A DNA stretch of 64,000 nucleotides from an uncultured Bacteroidota bacterium (GCA_902520385.1 CABYOB010000002.1:5842-69841); one strand, 5' to 3'. Numbered from the stretch's first letter, positions 20,880-31,385 are shown. The notes: generated by a model not told the origin, from the letters alone. A program made the numbers and translations.

Positions 20880-22717
20880 AATTTTTTATCACCTGAATTA
20901 ATACTTTGATTAAAAGAATAATCTGAAAAAACAGAAGAATTAATTTTAATAGTATCAAGATATGTAAGCCCCTCAACTATTCTCTTAAAAACTGGCAACG
21001 CTACATCTGAACCATAATAACCCTTTTCAGGACTGGGATTGTCAATTAATACCACGCAACTATATTTCGGTTTTTCAGACGGAAAGAAACCCACAAAAGA
21101 ACTTTGATAAGTTTTATTTTTGGATTCTTTTGAATGATAATTTGTAACGGTTGTCCCCGTTTTGCCTGACACACTAGTTTTCAAATCATTTAATTTTTTT
21201 CCTGTTCCTTCAGTTATAGCATACCTTAATATATAATGTGCTTTTTTTAATGTTTCTGTAGAGCAGATTTTCTCATCACTTATAAAATTTCTAATTAATG
21301 GTATGGTATCTCCTTCATCTATATAGTGGGTTACTAATTTTGGTGATACTCTAATCCCATTATTAGCAACAGCATTATAAAAAACTAAAATTTGTAATGG
21401 TGTTAGATTTAAACCATAACCATAAGACATCCATGGCAAACTTATTTCTGACCAACCTGTATTTTTTGGATTAGAAATATAAGGATTCGGTTCTCGATTT
21501 AAATCTATATTAGATTTTTTAGCGAGGCCAAATGTTTTAATATGATTTAAAAATTGATTTGGATTTTTTTGATATTTTTTTAAAATTAATCTAGCAATCC
21601 CAACATTTGAAGAAGTTGCAAATGCTTCAGAAAATGAAATCACTCCTAAGTTTTTTTCTGAATCTATAATTTTCTTTTTAGTATTTGGAACATTAAAAAC
21701 TCCATTCATTGTATTAATTGTATCATATGGCGTGCCACCATCTTCAAAATAGGCCATATAAGATGCTAGTTTAAAAGTTGAGCCAGGTTCCATTTTTTTG
21801 AAATTATTAAAAAGAGGATTTCCATAAACTCCATAATTCCAGTCTTCTTTAAAAGTTGATGAATTTAATTTTCCCAAATTCACCATTGCTTTTATATGAC
21901 CTGTTTCTACTTCCATTATAATTATGGTTCCAAATCTTGCATCAAAATAATTTAATTGATAGATTAGTGAATTATGTGCAAGCTCTTGTATCTTTAAATC
22001 AATGGTAGTAACAATATCTTTGCCGTGTTTAGGTGGTATAGTATATATAGAAGGTAGAGGCTTTGACACATTATTTTTTAATTTTTTTTGTAAAAAATAT
22101 CCATCTTGCCCCCTTAATAAAAAATCATACGTGAACTCTAATCCCCCCTTTGGCTTTTGCTTTTCTCCAAATTGCAAATACATATTATCTTTTTCGTAAG
22201 AATCAACTCTTCCTAAAACCTTTGATGCTAATATGTTATTTGGCTTAAACCTTTTTGTTTTTATAATTTCCTCAACATAACCATAGTTTTTTCCTTTATT
22301 TAAAATTGGGAATTTTTTAATTTCTTTTTTTTCATATATAGATGCTTGTCTTTTTATCAAAAGATATCTTTGGTCCCTATTAATACACTTTTTAATATTT
22401 TGTAAAAATTTATTTTGATCTTGAAAACCCGCTTCATCTAAATAAGTTGACAAAGCTTCTAACTTTGCTTCAAAATTTTTATTTTTTTGTTTTGCAAAAA
22501 CTGGATCTATTCCAATATTATACATTATTGGACTTGTCGACATTAATTGATAATTACAACTATATATATCTCCTCTTGAAGCATATAATATCTTTGGTGT
22601 TACAGAATTTTTTGCAAAATCATCAGAAATATAAATTAATGAGTATATAATAAGGCCTCCAAAACACAGAAAGCTTATTAATACTATTGTTAATTTTATA
22701 TTCAACTCTCTATTCAT
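20876..22717 (-). CDS. ftsI: Penicillin-binding protein 3 / FtsI
   Basis: EPGSTFK (SxxK), SSN, KTG; position in the dcw cluster. Confidence 0.92.
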   Translation of the reverse strand: MNRELNIKLTIVLISFLCFGGLIIYSLIYISDDFAKNSVTPKILYASRGDIYSCNYQLMSTSPIMYNIGIDPVFAKQKNKNFEAKLEALSTYLDEAGFQDQNKFLQNIKKCINRDQRYLLIKRQASIYEKKEIKKFPILNKGKNYGYVEEIIKTKRFKPNNILASKVLGRVDSYEKDNMYLQFGEKQKPKGGLEFTYDFLLRGQDGYFLQKKLKNNVSKPLPSIYTIPPKHGKDIVTTIDLKIQELAHNSLIYQLNYFDARFGTIIIMEVETGHIKAMVNLGKLNSSTFKEDWNYGVYGNPLFNNFKKMEPGSTFKLASYMAYFEDGGTPYDTINTMNGVFNVPNTKKKIIDSEKNLGVISFSEAFATSSNVGIARLILKKYQKNPNQFLNHIKTFGLAKKSNIDLNREPNPYISNPKNTGWSEISLPWMSYGYGLNLTPLQILVFYNAVANNGIRVSPKLVTHYIDEGDTIPLIRNFISDEKICSTETLKKAHYILRYAITEGTGKKLNDLKTSVSGKTGTTVTNYHSKESKNKTYQSSFVGFFPSEKPKYSCVVLIDNPSPEKGYYGSDVALPVFKRIVEGLTYLDTIKINSSVFSDYSFNQSINSGDKKL

Positions 22718-22979
22718 ATTTAACTAGAATTATATTTGATCTTCTTTTTAATTCAAACTTCTCTGCATTAACAATTACTTTTCTTTTAACATCAATTAAT
22801 TCTTTTCTTGTATGGGAAAATTCAGCTTTCAAGATTTCTAATTGATTTTTATTTTCTTGTTTAGTATATAATTTTTGATCCATTAAAAGTGATGCAATAA
22901 CGCTAGTAATAGACATTAAGAATATTAGTGACACGATTATCCAACTGTTATTTATTACTAGATTTTTAAACATCATCAA
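22710..22979 (-). CDS. ftsL: FtsL-like cell division protein
   Basis: Short TM plus coiled coil between rsmH and ftsI; called mainly on position. Confidence 0.65.
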   Translation of the reverse strand: MMMFKNLVINNSWIIVSLIFLMSITSVIASLLMDQKLYTKQENKNQLEILKAEFSHTRKELIDVKRKVIVNAEKFELKRRSNIILVKYE

Positions 22980-23898
22980 ATTGCATATTGCTTAATTTAT
23001 TTACTTCTGCAACTCTCATTTTTGCACTTCTAGATCTATTATTTGAATTCATTTCCTCAGATGAAGGAAGTATAGGTTTTTTATTTATTAAAGTAAATGG
23101 ATGGAATTGATTGCCGAAAAAATCTTTTTTAACAAATGCTTCAAAGTGACCATACTTCATAAATGTCTTAACAATTCTATCCTCAATTGAATGGTATGAA
23201 ATAACAACCAATCGGCCACTTGGATTTAATAAATTTAAAGATGCTTTTAACAAGTCTTTAAGGGCATTTAACTCATCATTAACTTCTATTCTTATTGCTT
23301 GAAAAATTCTAGCAAAAAATTGATTTTTTTTAGGAACATAAAAGCAACCTTCAAAAATGTTTAATATATCATTCGAATTTTGAATATCTTTTTTCCTTCT
23401 ATAGGAGACTATTCTTTCTGCTAACTTCTTACTATTATTAAAGTCTGCATGTTCTTTTAAAATTCTACTTAAATTTTCCTTGTCATATTCGTTTAAAACC
23501 TCTAATGCTGATAATGATGATGATTGATTCATTCTCATATCTAATTCAAGATCTGAATTAAAAGAAAAACCTCTTTTAGTATTAATCTGAAATGAAGAAA
23601 CTCCTAGGTCAGCTATTATTCCATCAATTTTGTTTATACTAATGGATGTTAAACAATTTTTTAAATACCTGAAATTTGTGTTCATAACTATAATTCTTTC
23701 ATCTAATATTTTATTTTCTAAAATCGCTTGTTTGTCTTGGTCAAAAACAATTAACTTTCCGTTTTTATTTAATTTTTTTAAAATCTCCTTAGAATGACCT
23801 CCACCTCCAAATGTAACATCTACATAAACTCCATCTTTTTTAATTTTTAAAGCCGAAACAGATTCTGAAAGCAGTACGGGATTATGAAATTCATTCAT
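22966..23898 (-). CDS. rsmH: 16S rRNA m4C1402 methyltransferase
   Basis: HNPVLL, DVTFGGGGH, DLGVSS, FQAIRIEVN, RSRSAKMR. Likely start is ATG 23898; the ORF track gives 23919. Confidence 0.96.
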   Translation of the reverse strand: MNEFHNPVLLSESVSALKIKKDGVYVDVTFGGGGHSKEILKKLNKNGKLIVFDQDKQAILENKILDERIIVMNTNFRYLKNCLTSISINKIDGIIADLGVSSFQINTKRGFSFNSDLELDMRMNQSSSLSALEVLNEYDKENLSRILKEHADFNNSKKLAERIVSYRRKKDIQNSNDILNIFEGCFYVPKKNQFFARIFQAIRIEVNDELNALKDLLKASLNLLNPSGRLVVISYHSIEDRIVKTFMKYGHFEAFVKKDFFGNQFHPFTLINKKPILPSSEEMNSNNRSRSAKMRVAEVNKLSNMQFDDV

Positions 23899-24376
23899 TC
23901 TGATTATTATTAATTTCACCCATAACTTCCTCTGCCATCCTAGAAAAATCTGACTCTTTTTCTTTTATTGTTTTTTCATATAGAGATTTATTCCATAACT
24001 CTATCATATTTCCCGAACTAGATAAAACTATATTACTTTCTATATTAGCATATTGTTTTAAATCCTTTGGAATTAATAGCCTACCTGTTGAATCCAAATC
24101 AATTAATTTTACTCCAGCCGTAAACATCCTAATAAAGTCATTGTTTTTTTTAACAAATCTGTTTAATCTGTTAATATCTTTTACAACCGAATTCCATGAG
24201 TCAATTGTAAATAACTCCAGACAATTATGAAACACGCTTCTTTTTAATATAAAAGAGCTTGTTAACGCAGATCCTAGTTGTTTTTTTAATTGTACCGGAA
24301 TCATCATTCTAGCCTTAGAGTCCACCTTACATTCATAAACTCCAATTAGATACCCTGACATGACTTGTTTTTCCAC
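23891..24376 (-). CDS. mraZ: Transcriptional regulator MraZ
   Basis: Two DxKxR/DxxGR AbrB-like repeats; first gene of the dcw cluster. Alternative start is ATG 24361. Confidence 0.93.
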   Translation of the reverse strand: MEKQVMSGYLIGVYECKVDSKARMMIPVQLKKQLGSALTSSFILKRSVFHNCLELFTIDSWNSVVKDINRLNRFVKKNNDFIRMFTAGVKLIDLDSTGRLLIPKDLKQYANIESNIVLSSSGNMIELWNKSLYEKTIKEKESDFSRMAEEVMGEINNNQNE

Positions 24377-24404
24377 TTTATAAATTAAATAAGGTTAAAA
24401 CTAG

Positions 24405-24440
24405 CCATTATATACCACTTTTTCCCACCTTTCTCCACCA
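24405..24440 (-). promoter_or_regulatory. MraZ-binding direct repeats (GTGG, 10-bp period)
   Basis: CCAC at 24415, 24425 and 24435 plus CCAT at 24405 (GTGG on the - strand), immediately upstream of mraZ. This matches the known arrangement of MraZ operators. Confidence 0.8.
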
Positions 24441-24581
24441 ATTTTTGTCAACATAATATCAACAATTAATCAACAATTGGCTTTTATTTTGTTAATAAGT
24501 ATGCGGTTATTAGATTAAATATTTGTCTGAATTGAAATTAAAAGTAGACCATAAAATGTTTAAATTTGAAAAAATGCGAAA

Positions 24582-25362
24582 ATGAAATCGGAAATTATTG
24601 CCAAAAATAACTTTAAATACATTGATGAGGGTCAAGGTCAAGTCATTATTTTATTACATGGATTAATGGGTAGCCTAAGTAATTTCAAAAGCTGTATAGA
24701 AGAGCTTCCAAAAAGAGGATATAGAATAATCATGCCCCTACTGCCTATTTATGAACTACCATTATTAAAAACCAGCGCAAAAGAATTAAGTGTTTTTTTA
24801 AATAAATTCATCATAGCCCTGGAGCTAAATAATGTTTATTTGTTAGGCAATTCTCTTGGGGGTCATATTGGACTTATTTATACAATTAACTTTCAAGAAA
24901 AAATAAAAGGATTAATACTAACAGGTAGTTCCGGTTTATATGAAAATGCCCTAGGAGGCTCTTTTCCTAAAAGAGGCGACTACAATTATATAAAAAATAA
25001 AACTGAAGAAGTTTTTTATGACCCAAAGTGTGCAACAAAGTCATTAGTAGATGAGATATATGACACTGTAAATAATCGCAAGAAATTAATTAAAATATTA
25101 GCAATGGCAAAATCAGCAATAAGGCATAATATGAAAAATGAACTCTCAAAAATTCAAATCCCGACTTGTATAATATGGGGTGAAAATGATACGGTGACCC
25201 CCCCCGCAAGTAGCCAAAGAGTTTCATAAACTCATCTCATCATCAAATATTTTCTGGATTAAAAAATGTGGTCACGCCGCAATGATGGAACAACCTAAAG
25301 CTTTTAATAAAATTCTTATTAATTGGCTTCAAAATATAGAAAATGAAAATCTCAAAAGTTAA
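24582..25362 (+). pseudogene. Alpha/beta hydrolase, frameshifted at a C8 tract (pseudogene, phase-variable allele or sequencing error)
   Basis: HG and GNSLGG motifs. The ORF stops at 25229, but removing one C from 25198-25205 restores TPPQVAKEFHKLISSSNIFWIKKCGHAAMMEQPKAFN... to TAA at 25362, including the catalytic His. Confidence 0.8.
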
Positions 25363-25942
25363 ATTTATTACAAGTTCTGCCTCTTTTGAAGAAACAAAAA
25401 GAATTGAACCAAAACCTGAGTATGCTTTTATAGGCAGGTCTAATGTTGGCAAATCATCTCTTATAAATATGCTAACTAATAGCTCTTTAGCTAAAACTTC
25501 ATCTACACCTGGAAAAACCCAGTTAATTAATCATTTTTTAGTAAATGAAAAATGGTATCTAGTAGACTTACCAGGATATGGGTATGCTAAAACATCCAAA
25601 ACAAAAAGAGAGAAATTTAATGTTTTTACTAAAAAATACCTGACGAGTAGTATTACATTAAGATGTATTTTTTTGTTAATTGATATTCGAATAAAGCCAC
25701 AAAAAATTGATATTGAATTCATGAACTGGTTGGGAAAAAGTAACCTTCCCTTTATTCGATTATATTCTAAAATAGATAAACTAAATAATGAGAAAATTAA
25801 CCATTCATTAGAAATCCAGAATTCAGAACTACTTAAATATTGGGAAACTCCTCCTCCCTATATACTTTCATCTTCTAAAAAGAAGATCGGGGGAGAAGAA
25901 GTGTTATTAAAAATTAAAGACTTAAATAATTTAACTCTTTAG
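25343..25942 (+). CDS. engB: Ribosome biogenesis GTPase YihA/YsxC (EngB)
   Basis: GRSNVGKSS, TPGKT, DLPGYGYA. Confidence 0.96.
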   Translation: MKISKVKFITSSASFEETKRIEPKPEYAFIGRSNVGKSSLINMLTNSSLAKTSSTPGKTQLINHFLVNEKWYLVDLPGYGYAKTSKTKREKFNVFTKKYLTSSITLRCIFLLIDIRIKPQKIDIEFMNWLGKSNLPFIRLYSKIDKLNNEKINHSLEIQNSELLKYWETPPPYILSSSKKKIGGEEVLLKIKDLNNLTL

Positions 25943-26263
25943 CACCTCTGCCATTTTTCCAAATTTCTTTGAAAAAACCTTCATTGCCTGGACTAAATTT
26001 TCATCCCCAGTAGATCTCTCAAGAATATTAGACATTTTTAACAAATTTTGAAATACAAAAAACTTCATCTCTTCCATTGTCATATCTTTATTCCACAAAT
26101 CAATGTTAAATGTGTTTTTTGTTTCTGTATCCCAAAATGACAAAAGAAATGCTTGTGCATTTGCTTGATGATTATTATCAGTTGCCTTCCAAGAAATTTT
26201 TTCTGGAATGTTATTCTCATTTAATAAAATTTGTATATCAATATTTGCTTTTCTTTGTTTCAT
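25931..26263 (-). CDS. gldC: Gliding motility protein GldC
   Basis: NNIPEKISWKATD, SFWD, IDLWNKDMTMEEMKFF; follows gldB. Confidence 0.9.
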   Translation of the reverse strand: MKQRKANIDIQILLNENNIPEKISWKATDNNHQANAQAFLLSFWDTETKNTFNIDLWNKDMTMEEMKFFVFQNLLKMSNILERSTGDENLVQAMKVFSKKFGKMAEVLKS

Positions 26264-26266
26264 TTT

Positions 26267-27286
26267 TTAAGGCTTATAATTTGATTTATTTAATATCTCT
26301 AAATAATTAGTTTCTTTTAAAATATCCTGAAGAGTTACTTGGTTATTATTATAATATGACCTAAGCATTTGCCAACCTATCCAAACACCAAATCTGCCCG
26401 GAGTTCCTAACTGAGTAGTTTTAGTGGGCTGAATAAAATGTTGCTTTAAAATTGATTCTCCAGAAAAAAGGAATTTGTTTTCTAAAATATATTTCCAAAC
26501 GGATGCCACATTTTGATTAAAAAAATCTATATCGTTTTGAGTTGATCCGAAAATTATATTATCTGATTCCAGAGGGAGCATTAGCTCTGCAAAAAAATAT
26601 GGCTTAGCCTCATTAATCATAGCTGTCAGTAATTCAGAATTATTTTTGTTGCGTTTTGAATAAAAAGACCCTATTGAATTAAAAATCATAGAAGGGATAT
26701 ATTTTTTTTGATATCTTTCAGCCAAATAATCTGGAATAGGCTGAGCCCTATTAGTATAAAAAATATGACTTTTACCCAAAAACCACTGAAGCTGAATTAA
26801 AATTATATTTTTTTCATAATCAAATGCTATTGGATTAAACGGTGGTGAAAACGTGTCGACCACGTCATCATCTATCATAGTAATAATATTAGGATTTGAA
26901 TTTTGGAAATAATTTTCTAAAACACAAAATCCTTTATTAATATCTATAGATAGCATATCTATATCATTAAATTTCACATAAACTGAATCAAAAATTATAT
27001 TATAATTATAATCTAATGCAATCTCTTTAAAAAATGTCTTTAAGGTATCATGAAAAAAATATGGATAATCTTTATTTAGAGAATTCACTATTGAATCTAA
27101 GTTACTTTCATCCTGCTCAAACAAATTTAATTCTGATCTAAAGACATCTTGACTTCTATTACATTGACTTAATTTTTTTTTATTTTTATATTTTTCTTTT
27201 TTTAATTTTTCTTTTTTGCTACAAGAAGCCAAAAAAACTAGCCAAATTGAAAAAAAAATTACTAAGTACTTGTTCATTTTATTCAT
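26267..27286 (-). CDS. gldB: Gliding motility lipoprotein GldB
   Basis: Lipobox LASC, PGRFGVWIGWQ, C-terminal SNYKP. Confidence 0.88.
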   Translation of the reverse strand: MNKMNKYLVIFFSIWLVFLASCSKKEKLKKEKYKNKKKLSQCNRSQDVFRSELNLFEQDESNLDSIVNSLNKDYPYFFHDTLKTFFKEIALDYNYNIIFDSVYVKFNDIDMLSIDINKGFCVLENYFQNSNPNIITMIDDDVVDTFSPPFNPIAFDYEKNIILIQLQWFLGKSHIFYTNRAQPIPDYLAERYQKKYIPSMIFNSIGSFYSKRNKNNSELLTAMINEAKPYFFAELMLPLESDNIIFGSTQNDIDFFNQNVASVWKYILENKFLFSGESILKQHFIQPTKTTQLGTPGRFGVWIGWQMLRSYYNNNQVTLQDILKETNYLEILNKSNYKP

Positions 27287-27324
27287 TCTAAAGATTAAAT
27301 TTATAATTAAAATTCAATTCAACT

Positions 27325-27918
27325 ATGAAAAAACTATTTTTTACAATATTACTATTGTGCCCTTTGACTATTATTTTCTCTCAAAATTTAAAAATGGGGC
27401 TTTATATTTCCCCAACGATCAATTCAATTAACACCAATGATTTCGGACAAGAGCAACGAAAAGCTGGTTTTAATTACGGATATAGTATTGAATACCAAAT
27501 AACAGAAAACCACTCTTTACAATCTGGATTTGAAATTTCAAAAAAAAGTGGTCAAATTGAAACAATAAATTACAAATCTCATTACTTAGAAATACCTTTA
27601 AAAGTGAAAATGAAATCACGACCCTTTGGGTACTTAACATACTTTGCAAAAACAGGGCCTTCTCTAGGTATTAAATTAAGAGACAATGCAGAGGGAAGTA
27701 ATGAAATTTCAGTTAACGATTTAAGTGATGCAAAAACTTTCATGCTGATGCTAAACATTTCCATCGGGACAGAGTATTCTTTAAAACAAGAATCCACTAT
27801 ATATGCAGAGCTTTTTATTAAGAACGGAATAACTCAAGGGTGGAATAACACCAATAATATTTCTTATGAAACTTTTCTTATGAACCAATTTGGATTAAGC
27901 TTAGGATTTCTTTTTTAA
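27325..27918 (+). CDS. Outer-membrane beta-barrel (PorT/OMP_b-brl-like) protein
   Basis: Signal peptide, YLEIPLKVK strand motif, terminal aromatic GFLF. Confidence 0.75.
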   Translation: MKKLFFTILLLCPLTIIFSQNLKMGLYISPTINSINTNDFGQEQRKAGFNYGYSIEYQITENHSLQSGFEISKKSGQIETINYKSHYLEIPLKVKMKSRPFGYLTYFAKTGPSLGIKLRDNAEGSNEISVNDLSDAKTFMLMLNISIGTEYSLKQESTIYAELFIKNGITQGWNNTNNISYETFLMNQFGLSLGFLF

Positions 27919-27928
27919 ATCTTGTGAA

Positions 27929-28687
27929 ATGAACTCTAAATCAACAACAATATATATTATTAATTGGATTAAAAATTACTGTTCCAGTAATAATATTTCA
28001 TGCTTAGTTATTGGTGTTTCAGGCGGTATAGATTCTGCGTTAACCTCTACTTTATGTGCTGAAACAAAAATAAAAACCTTTGTGGTTTCTATGCCAATAC
28101 ACCAAAACGAAAGACAACTAATCTTAGCTGAAAAACATATTAAATGGCTTAAAAAGAACTATTCCAATGTTAAAAGTATTGTTGTAAACCTAAGTAACGT
28201 ATTTGATACTTTCAAAAATACTATTCCAAAAAACGTAACAAACAATTTAGGCCTTGCTAATTCAAGAGCTAGATTAAGAATGACAACATTATATCAAATT
28301 GCAAGCTCCAAAAATGGAATTGTGGTTGGAACTGGAAACAAAATAGAAGATTTTTGTATAGGCTTTTTTACAAAATATGGTGATGGGGGAGTAGACATAA
28401 ACCCTATAGGAGATTTATTAAAGTCTGAAGTTTATACTTTAGCTAAGTATTTGAAAATAATTAATGAAATCCAAATTGCAAAACCAACTGATGGATTATG
28501 GAACGACAACCGAACTGACCAAGATCAGATAGGTGCTACATATGAAGAAATTGAATGGGCAATGAACAATTTAAATAAAAAAAATTTAAACAAAAAAGAA
28601 AAAAAAATTGTTGAATTATATAAAAAACATAATAAGCAAAATAGTCATAAAATGAATTCAATACCAATTTGTATTATTCCAAAATAA
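27929..28687 (+). CDS. nadE: NH3-dependent NAD+ synthetase
   Basis: GVSGGIDS, ARLRM, GTGN, FTKYGDG. Confidence 0.95.
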   Translation: MNSKSTTIYIINWIKNYCSSNNISCLVIGVSGGIDSALTSTLCAETKIKTFVVSMPIHQNERQLILAEKHIKWLKKNYSNVKSIVVNLSNVFDTFKNTIPKNVTNNLGLANSRARLRMTTLYQIASSKNGIVVGTGNKIEDFCIGFFTKYGDGGVDINPIGDLLKSEVYTLAKYLKIINEIQIAKPTDGLWNDNRTDQDQIGATYEEIEWAMNNLNKKNLNKKEKKIVELYKKHNKQNSHKMNSIPICIIPK

Positions 28688-28698
28688 AATCATATAGC

Positions 28699-29019
28699 CT
28701 AATCCGGAGAAGCAATTTTTACTGTAATATTATCTATTGATTCTTCAATTTGTATTTGACAAGCCAATCTACTTCTTTCTTCATCAACTGAAAATAACTG
28801 ATCTAACATTGCTAATTCATCATCTTTTTGCTCAGAAATTTCATGTTTTGACTCAACATAACAATGGCATGTTGCACAAAGAGCCATGCCTCCACATGCA
28901 CCCTCAACTAAATCATGAGACCTTAATACGTCCATTAAATTTAAACCCATTTCAAGAGGAGTTATTAATTTGTGTTTTTTTCCTGACTCATCTATAACAT
29001 TAATTGTAATATCTTTCAT
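28699..29019 (-). CDS. 2Fe-2S ferredoxin (adrenodoxin type)
   Basis: CGGMALCATCH...SRLACQ. Confidence 0.92.
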   Translation of the reverse strand: MKDITINVIDESGKKHKLITPLEMGLNLMDVLRSHDLVEGACGGMALCATCHCYVESKHEISEQKDDELAMLDQLFSVDEERSRLACQIQIEESIDNITVKIASPD

Positions 29020-29020
29020 T

Positions 29021-30025
29021 TTAAAAACCTTTTATGCCCCCTAAAACCGTTGTATACTTAAATGAAGATTTTTGATTAGGAAAAACTCGCTTAAAGGCAG
29101 ATTGAGCCATTAACGCTCCTTCATGAAATCCACATAAAATTAATTTTAACTTTCCTGGGTATGTGTTTACATCACCAATAGCATAGACCCCCTCAATGTT
29201 GGTGCTATAATCAAAAGTGTTAACTGAAATTGCATTTTTTTCTAAATTTAATCCCCAATCTTTTATTGGCCCTAATTTTGGAACTAAACCAAATAAAGGA
29301 AACCAAAAATCTGTTTTTATAGAAAGGTTTTCATTATTTTTATTTTTTATCATTACCTCTCTTAATTCACCGTCACCTTCTAACTGACAAACCTCAGAAT
29401 CTGTTATTAAATTAATTTTTCCTTTTTTTGCCAGTTCATTAATACTCTCCACAGAATCTAGATGTCCTCTAAATGAACTCCTTCTATGTACTAAAGTTAC
29501 TGTCTTAGCTTTTTTTGCAAAATAAATGGCCCAGTCTAAAGCTGAGTCCCCACCCCCTGATATAATTATTTCCTTTCCATGATAAAGGTCTGGGTCTTTA
29601 ATAATATACTCTATGCCTTTACCTTCAAAGTCAGAAATATTGTCAATTAATGGTTTTCTCGGCTCAAAACACCCTAGTCCCCCTGCAATAACTACAACTG
29701 GTGCCTTATGCTTAGTTCCTTTATTCGTGATTACAATAAAGTCATCCCCATTTTTTTCTAAATACTCTGCTCTCTCACCTAAAGTAAAGCCTGGTTTAAA
29801 TGGTTTTATTTGTTGCATTAAATTCTCTACTAAATCTTCAGCTAAAACCTCAGGATATGCGGGTATATCATAAATTGGCTTTTTAGGATATATTTCTGAA
29901 CATTGCCCTCCAGGGATTGGAAGAGAATCTATGAGATGGCATTTCATTTTTAATAATCCGGCTTCAAAAACTGCAAATAATCCACATGGCCCTGAACCTA
30001 TAATTATAATGTCTGTTTTTATCAT
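29021..30025 (-). CDS. Ferredoxin--NADP+ reductase (thioredoxin-reductase fold, YumC type)
   Basis: GSGPCG, YPKKPIYD, GGGDSALDWA, no CxxC; adjacent to the ferredoxin gene. Confidence 0.88.
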   Translation of the reverse strand: MIKTDIIIIGSGPCGLFAVFEAGLLKMKCHLIDSLPIPGGQCSEIYPKKPIYDIPAYPEVLAEDLVENLMQQIKPFKPGFTLGERAEYLEKNGDDFIVITNKGTKHKAPVVVIAGGLGCFEPRKPLIDNISDFEGKGIEYIIKDPDLYHGKEIIISGGGDSALDWAIYFAKKAKTVTLVHRRSSFRGHLDSVESINELAKKGKINLITDSEVCQLEGDGELREVMIKNKNNENLSIKTDFWFPLFGLVPKLGPIKDWGLNLEKNAISVNTFDYSTNIEGVYAIGDVNTYPGKLKLILCGFHEGALMAQSAFKRVFPNQKSSFKYTTVLGGIKGF

Positions 30026-30258
30026 ATAGATTTTATTTTTTTTATTTCTGGGGCATGTTTTTTGATAGACTCTTCTATTCCATTTGTTAAAGTCATTTGA
30101 TTAACCTCACATGTTCTACAAGCCCCCTCTAATCTAACTACTAACTCAAAATCAGATGTAACCTTAATAAAGGTAACATCACCCCCGTCTTCATTTAAAA
30201 ATGGTCTTATTTCATCTAGACCTTTATTAATTCTTTCAAATAAATTTAACTCACTCAT
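30022..30258 (-). CDS. NifU/NfuA C-terminal domain Fe-S carrier
   Basis: IRPFLNEDGGD, GACRTC. Confidence 0.9.
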   Translation of the reverse strand: MSELNLFERINKGLDEIRPFLNEDGGDVTFIKVTSDFELVVRLEGACRTCEVNQMTLTNGIEESIKKHAPEIKKIKSI

Positions 30259-30271
30259 ATTATAATAGTTG

Positions 30272-31384
30272 TTACGAACAACCCTTTGTATGGGTTATTT
30301 TTACCCTTTTTGTTTTATTCAAATTTTCGTTCCTTTCATTAGTTTTCTCAATAACCCGTTCCGCAAAATCTTTAAACATCTTTGATGTTTTATTACTTTG
30401 TAAAGCCGCTGGCCTTCCTACATCAGAAGATTCCCTAACACTTTCAATTAAAGGAAAGTTAGATAATAGTGGTATTTCTAAATCCTTACTAAGGTTTTCT
30501 CCACCCGCCTTACCAAATATATAATATTTTTTATTGGGATTATCCTCCGGAGAAAACCAAGACATGTTTTCAACCATGCCTATAACAGGAACATTAATGT
30601 TTTTCATTTTAAACATTGCTGCTGCTTTTTTTGCATCGATCAATGAAATAGGTTGTGGAGTAGTTACTATGATTGCTCCTGTTAAAGGTAGTGACTGAAC
30701 TAATGTTAAATGAATATCTCCTGTCCCTGGTGGAAGGTCAATAATTAAGTAATCTAAATCTCCCCAATTAGCTTGGTGAATCATTTGATTAAGAGCTTTA
30801 CTGGCCATTGGCCCCCTCCATACTATTGCGTCAGATGGTTTTGAAAAAAATCCTATTGATAATAATTTTACACCATAAGATACAACTGGCTCTATTAAAG
30901 ATGAGCCTTTTATATTAGAAACCACTGGTTTTTCTTTTTCTACATCAAACATAATTGGCATCGATGGCCCATAAATATCTGCATCAATAAGTCCAACATT
31001 TTTACCCAGCATACTTAATGAAACAGCTAAATTGCTAGAAACTGTAGATTTCCCAACACCACCTTTTCCTGAAGCAATGGCAATAATGTTTTTTATTCCA
31101 CTAATCGTTTTTTTAGATTTTTCACTACTAGCCTTACTATTATTAATAATAAAGTCAATATCTAATTTGCTCCCTGGTGATTTTTTTTGAATAAAATCAT
31201 TGATTTGAAATTTTATTTTTTGTCTGAATTGTAAAGTAGGGTTTTTTATTAAAAATTGAATTTTAATGTCTTTATCTTTTATTGAAAGGTTCTTTAAAAC
31301 ATCAAAATGAATTAAATTTTTATTTTCCCCAGGTATATTAATACCTTGTAAAATGTCTAAAATCTCTTTTTTTGTTAACGACAT
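30272..31384 (-). CDS. Mrp/ApbC (NBP35-family) Fe-S carrier ATPase
   Basis: SGKGGVGKST, DADIYGPS, WRGPM, DLPPGTGD, ENMS. Confidence 0.94.
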   Translation of the reverse strand: MSLTKKEILDILQGINIPGENKNLIHFDVLKNLSIKDKDIKIQFLIKNPTLQFRQKIKFQINDFIQKKSPGSKLDIDFIINNSKASSEKSKKTISGIKNIIAIASGKGGVGKSTVSSNLAVSLSMLGKNVGLIDADIYGPSMPIMFDVEKEKPVVSNIKGSSLIEPVVSYGVKLLSIGFFSKPSDAIVWRGPMASKALNQMIHQANWGDLDYLIIDLPPGTGDIHLTLVQSLPLTGAIIVTTPQPISLIDAKKAAAMFKMKNINVPVIGMVENMSWFSPEDNPNKKYYIFGKAGGENLSKDLEIPLLSNFPLIESVRESSDVGRPAALQSNKTSKMFKDFAERVIEKTNERNENLNKTKRVKITHTKGCS

Positions 31385-31385
31385 A

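Noticed and set aside
13184..23919. Absence of murF and ddl from the dcw cluster
   Set aside because: Normal for Bacteroidota, where these genes lie elsewhere.
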